A stretch of 64,000 bases of DNA from Alloascoidea hylecoeti. Taxonomy: Eukaryota. This document shows, in pieces, positions 58,689-64,000 of this stretch. Where the stretch lies: the NCBI GenBank assembly GCA_001600815.1, contig BCKZ01000023.1, positions 62,001 to 126,000 on the forward strand. Reading direction: 5' to 3'. Position numbers and translations under genes: made by a program. The notes below the pieces were generated by a model. That model was not told the origin of the DNA and did not search any database. It saw only the letters and a list, made by a program, of their open reading frames with translations. How positions within the stretch are numbered: position 1 is the stretch's first letter; every line of letters begins with the position of its first letter.

Positions 58689-59207
58689 CTGATATGCAGA
58701 GGTGGGAATTCTCTCTTTATAGTGCAAAAGTACATTCATTCCACTTAATTTCGGCCATGCGTTGATCAAATATCCGACCGTACCTTAATTTTCAGGCATT
58801 TATGTGAAAAAAAATATGGTTTGAGTTTCGGTAATTTCCTCTCCACGATCTAAAATTAAGCTATAAATTGCATCTGATAATGCACTTAACTTAACCATGA
58901 TGATGTAAAACTATCTACAAGATAACACGGTTAATCATAGCCTGAGGGTAAATTAATATTTGAATATTTTATAGGTGTAGCCTTAAAAATTAACAACAGT
59001 AATTGTAATGAAGGTCAAAGGCGAACCCGTATTTCACAAGTAATGAGGTTTTGTTTGTAACCACAAGAGATCACTTTGGGGCCGTCTGTGAGTCCGGGTA
59101 AACACCCACAAATTGAATATGCAAGTAACAACATCAAGTATTTATTGGTCATAACTAACAAAAGATAATAATTTCTTGGCTAATAATAAATACACTAATA
59201 CTAAGTA

Positions 59208-60038
59208 TTAACCTAAAGAAAGTGATTGTTTAATCTTTGCAATTGCTAAACCAGGATTTAAACCTTTAGGACAAGTTCTTGAACAATTCATAATAGTATG
59301 ACATCTATATAAACTCATACTATTTTGTAACATTTCTTTTCTTGATTCAGTTGCTTGATCTCTTGAATCAATTAACCATCTATAAGCTTGCATTAAAACA
59401 GAGGGACCTAAATATTCTTGTTGATTCCACCAATATGAAGGGCATGAAGTTGAACAACATGCACATAAAATGCATTCATATAAACCATCTAATTTTTGTC
59501 TATCTTCGATTGATTGTAAATTTTCTTTACCATCTTCAGGGAGGGTATCACGTTGTAAGTATGGTTGAATAGATTTGTATTGTTTATAAAAATGAGTTAA
59601 ATCTGGAACAAGATCACGTACGACAAACATATGAGGTAATGGATAAATTTTTGTAGATTTTTTAATATTTGTATTAATACGACAAAGACAAGCTAATGTA
59701 TTTTGACCTTCAATATTCATCGCACATGAACCACATATACCTTCTCTACAAGATCTTCTAAAAGTTAAAGTTGAATCTTGTTCATTTTTAATTTTTAAAA
59801 GTGCATCTAAAATCATTGGACCTGTTTCATTTAAATCAATTGTATATTTTTGAAGTTTTGGTTTTTCAGTTGGTTTGTCTGGATTCCATCTATAAATCTT
59901 AAAAGTTTTAAGACGAGGTCTATCTGTTTGTACTGTTGACATGTAACATTTGGTAGTTACGTTTAAAATGGTAGGTAATTGTGATTGTAATTGATGGGGA
60001 ATACTATGTAACAATTTTAAAGATGAAGATTTATACAT
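59208..60038 (-). CDS. SDH2: Succinate dehydrogenase iron-sulfur subunit
   Basis: [48 protein letters not shown]. Confidence 0.98.
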   Translation of the reverse strand: MYKSSSLKLLHSIPHQLQSQLPTILNVTTKCYMSTVQTDRPRLKTFKIYRWNPDKPTEKPKLQKYTIDLNETGPMILDALLKIKNEQDSTLTFRRSCREGICGSCAMNIEGQNTLACLCRINTNIKKSTKIYPLPHMFVVRDLVPDLTHFYKQYKSIQPYLQRDTLPEDGKENLQSIEDRQKLDGLYECILCACCSTSCPSYWWNQQEYLGPSVLMQAYRWLIDSRDQATESRKEMLQNSMSLYRCHTIMNCSRTCPKGLNPGLAIAKIKQSLSLG

Positions 60039-60357
60039 TATGAATCTTGTGTTTTTGCAATTGAATGGAATTGATTTGAAGTTCTAAGAATGAATTCAAA
60101 GAAGAACTATATAATTATATAACATAATCACATTTCCTTGTGACGGGATTGGAGTAAATGAAGTATCAGGTGAAAGACCAATTAACCGATTATAGTCATA
60201 AAACATAATGATGATTCATTGATAAATGGGGGAATTAAAATTCAAAGTTCCTTTGATCAGTATTACGATCTCATGATGAGGAGATCAGGGGTAGTAATAA
60301 ATAATAAAATCTATTTACTATTTAGAGAGTGACGATGGCTGTATAAGGTTATTTATT

Positions 60358-60790
60358 TTATTCGATGTGCATTTCGTTATTATTTTGATTATTATCATCA
60401 TCATCTTCTTCTTCTTTATTGGTCCCACGAAGGGCCTCATCTTCAAAAACTCGATGACTAGCCATAAATCTACATGAAAAATAATAAATTAATAGGTTGT
60501 TATAGAAGTCAAAACGTGAGAGAACATGCATACAAAGACCCGTGTAACAAACCAATTTTCCTAATTGCTTCAGCCCTAACAGCAGTTAACTTTATTAAAT
60601 TATCCAGGTCGGACATATTTGCTTGTAATTGAGCTAACTGTGAATGAAGATGGGATAACTGTCTCGTTTTCAGAGTGGATGGAGCGATCGTCGTGCGACG
60701 ACGTGCACGTGGTTGGGGATTGCCCTGCTGAGGGAAGGCCTGGGGCTGATGGTAATTCGAGGGATACAGGGAGGATCTGTTGTTGTACAT
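60358..60790 (-). CDS. HSK3: DASH/Dam1 complex subunit Hsk3; exons 60790-60534 and 60469-60358
   Basis: RQLSHLHSQLAQLQANMSDLDNLIKLTAV.AEAIRKIG..HGSLFMAS after removing a GTATGC...TAG intron. Confidence 0.85.
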
Positions 60791-61617
60791 TGGCAAAACG
60801 TGTGCTGTGGAGCATCAATGTTTATGTCCTGGATTGGAGGAGTGTGGGTGTAAGCAGTGGATGACTAACGCATGACTAATCCACGCGTGCGCCAGTCACT
60901 TGGACGCAAGGTAAGGAAGTTTTGCTGATCTCCGATTGGCCGAGAGCACTCCCGCGCTCCGTGCGTTTCCGAAGTGTTTTCATTTGGCCGGTGTACCGGG
61001 AGCGTACGCAAGTGTAACTAACAAGTTATCTTTAAAATCAAAAAAGCCGTTCTGACATTTTCTTTGATATTAATATTAATCTTCTTTTTTCACTTTTATT
61101 TTTACTTTTATTCTTACTTCTAGGACTTCCCACTTTTTTGGTCTCGGCTCATCGGCTTGTTGTTCGGTTCTTCTTATTATCTAAAGTAAGCGATTAGCTC
61201 TGCTTTGCAACCGTCTCAACTGCTACTTTGTTTTGTTGTCAACGAATACCGTCCCCGTTTCGTTTTCTCCACTCCAAATCTTCAACCAAACAATTGCCCT
61301 TACTTATCTTTTAGAATCTGTTCCTCTCAATCTTTTCGTTAACTCAAGTCTTGTTCTTTCAGTCTTTCAGTCTTTCGGTCTTTAGGTCTTGCTTTTCCGC
61401 TCCTTTTTGTGTTTTCTTGTTGTCATTGAATGAACCGCTTATAAGGATTATATCCCTACTGCAACTATTTCAATAATACAGAGTAAGTCCTTATTGTTAA
61501 TCAATTGCCATCTATTTGTTGATTTTTTGAAACTTCGATGTTGGAGTCATTGGACATAAACATTTTTTTTCCAACTTTAAATTTTAACATTCTTTTCACA
61601 TTCGTTTTCGGATAGTA

Positions 61618-63048
61618 ATGACCGGAGGTTATACACATCTTCCAGCAATTGCTCCAGCGCCATCTCATAATCATAATAATGATATAACTTCCCCAATTTC
61701 AAGTTCAAACTCAAATTCAAATTCAAATTCTTGTGCTTCCTCGACTGTTTCTCTTTCTTCTAGATGTTCTTCTGTCACTTCAAATATATCATGTCGCAGG
61801 TCGAATTCTCCTGAATCAATCGATAATATTAATAATAATCAAAATATTTCAAAAGATCCGCCAATTGCATGCATAATTACTTCGAAAAATTGGGTTCTAC
61901 CTCCACGTCCAAAACCAGGTAGAAAACCTGCTTCAAATGATTCATCTCATGATAGTAAGAAAAAATCATTCAGCAATAGATCATCAAATCGTGAAAATAA
62001 TCGAAAAACTTTGGCAAAAATCAATGAATTAGAAGATAAATTAATTAAAATTGAAAAAATTAATAATCAAAGAGAAACTGATTTAAATAATGCTCTAAAA
62101 CGTGCAAATATTGAAAATAGTAAATTAAGATGTATTATAACAAAATTAAAATCAGAAATTTCAATATTAAAAGATTTACCATCATCAACATTAAATATTT
62201 CAAAAAATATAATTAATAATGGTAATTTATCACCAATTACAATTGGTTCAAAATCTCCATTAATTTTATCTGATGAAGATAATGAATCAACAATGACAAC
62301 TACAATTGATCCTAAAAATATACCAATGCATTTAGCAATTGAAGATAGGAAAAGATTTAGAGATTTAGATATGTCATCATCATCATCATCATCAACAACA
62401 ACGATTTTACCAAAATCTCCTGAATCAATTGATTGTCCTGTTAATAATTTAGAATTTGATCAACTATTAATAACTCCTCAACATAATCAAGGAAATGATA
62501 GTAATAATAATAATGATTTATTAAATGATTTAGAATTAGATTTACCAGTTTTGAAAAAACAAAGATTTGATTCAACATTAGAAACTGAGTTTAATGATTT
62601 TTTTACATTAAGACGTTCAATTTCTGAAGATAAATCAATTATTAATTCAAATTCTTTGGATATGTCATTTAGTTCTTCTTTAAGATTAGAACGTGCAACT
62701 TCTGAACCAACTGTCAATGATAATGATGATCCTATATCTTTTAATGATCATATTTCATTATTTTTAAATACTGATGATGATTCATTAGTTGTTGATGTTG
62801 ATACAAAAAATGGATCTTTTGAACATTGTGGATTTTGTACTAATGGTGGGATATGTCTTTGTGCAGATGAAATTGAATCTCAAAGATTAAAACTTGAAGA
62901 AAATATAAAATTAGAAGAAAATGTTAATGATTTAATTAAAGAAGAAGAAACTTCAAATGATTGTGGTTTAGGTTTAGGAACGTTATTGACAATAAAAGAA
63001 GAAATTGAACCAGAAGTTTCTTTTACAATGGGTACACTTGTTACATGA
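61618..63048 (+). CDS. HapX/Hap43-like iron-responsive CCAAT-complex partner
   Basis: Hap4-like motif ITSKNWVLPPRPKPGRKP, coiled coil, C-terminal CGFCTNGGICLC cysteine-rich motif. Confidence 0.8.
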   Translation: MTGGYTHLPAIAPAPSHNHNNDITSPISSSNSNSNSNSCASSTVSLSSRCSSVTSNISCRRSNSPESIDNINNNQNISKDPPIACIITSKNWVLPPRPKPGRKPASNDSSHDSKKKSFSNRSSNRENNRKTLAKINELEDKLIKIEKINNQRETDLNNALKRANIENSKLRCIITKLKSEISILKDLPSSTLNISKNIINNGNLSPITIGSKSPLILSDEDNESTMTTTIDPKNIPMHLAIEDRKRFRDLDMSSSSSSSTTTILPKSPESIDCPVNNLEFDQLLITPQHNQGNDSNNNNDLLNDLELDLPVLKKQRFDSTLETEFNDFFTLRRSISEDKSIINSNSLDMSFSSSLRLERATSEPTVNDNDDPISFNDHISLFLNTDDDSLVVDVDTKNGSFEHCGFCTNGGICLCADEIESQRLKLEENIKLEENVNDLIKEEETSNDCGLGLGTLLTIKEEIEPEVSFTMGTLVT

Positions 63049-64000
63049 AATCTTAGATGTTTTCGTTTACAGTTTTGAATTATTTTCACGGAGAAATTTA
63101 ATTGGAATTTCAAAGAATGATTCTTGGATGGATTTTTTATTAACTTTGAGTTTTTTATTTAGTTGTTTTTTCTTTTGCAATTGATTCAATAATTCCAATT
63201 CCCTTCTTTACAAAGTATACGAGTACGAATCACTTTTATGATAAATCTTTTTTCTTTTCTTCTTTTTTCTTTTCTTTATTTTTGACTTTTTTTTTTACTT
63301 TTTATTTCTTTCTCTTTATGGTTTGTGTAAGGAAAAAATTGTCATTTGTTATAATAAATGGATGGTCTACTTTACGATCTTGATATGATATCATCAATTG
63401 AAAAAAAACTTTCTTTAAAAAACGATCTTATCAAAATGTATGAACGCGGTTGTTTCAATAACTTTCTCTTCTATTTCTTTTTTTTTACTATTATTATTTT
63501 TACTTGATTTTCAATTTTCTTTTTTATTAACTATACATGTAACTTGTTACAATTTTTTGTATCAAAATTTAAAAACGTCAAAATACTTTATGCCCTGCGG
63601 ATCCGGAATCGGTATCACAGAACAACAACAACAATATATAGCAATCCAATTCCGCGGGATATTTTATATTTCTCCTTTAGGCCTCTTCATTCAAATACAA
63701 ATATCTTTATAAATAGCTTTTTGATTGAATTTGAAATTGGTATTCCCTTCCGGATATGGAAAAAGAAACGAACAAATGAACAAAACAAAACAAAACAAAA
63801 CAAAACACCAAAAAAAAAAGAACTATGCACTTTTATATCATAAATCTTGTTAATATTTTGTATGAAGCTCATGATCATGATTGTAATGACTAAATGAAAA
63901 GCAAACAACAAAAAAAAAATAGAAGGAAATTTTCTAAAGTAATCTTATAATGTTTATAAACAATTCATTTTTTTTTTTGAATTTGTTTTAATATTTTTAT

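Noticed and set aside
59208..63048. SDH2 (typical HapX target with CCAAT boxes near 60148 and 60178) close to the HapX-like gene
   Set aside because: HSK3 intervenes and CCAAT is common; no evidence of a functional cluster

Overview
AT-rich, fairly intron-rich budding-yeast (Saccharomycotina-like) chromosomal DNA; CTG reads as Leu in conserved hydrophobic positions. The backbone is housekeeping genes: NBP35 (3' end), NUP145, RPA190, ZRG17, CMC1, a PML39/Rsm1-like C3HC gene, URA5, RRN9, GIT1, SPO7, TRZ1, COG4, FUN14, EF-2, RBG1, SDH2, HSK3 and a HapX/Hap43-like regulator. Between them lie accessory intervals with decayed genes (Bul1/arrestin-like, aldo-keto reductase, PDR/SNQ2-type ABC transporter, an orphan), two Tc1/mariner transposase relics, two inverted repeats and a dispersed 16-bp motif. 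The standout is an intact 542-codon ORF (35797-37425, minus) between GIT1 and SPO7. Its C-terminal ~280 aa carry, in order, the motifs of Phenuiviridae (phlebo/tenui/cogu-like) nucleocapsid protein, so it is a candidate domesticated gene from a negative-strand RNA virus. It sits in tandem with a divergent small heat-shock-like gene. All family calls are by eye from recalled motifs; no searches were run.
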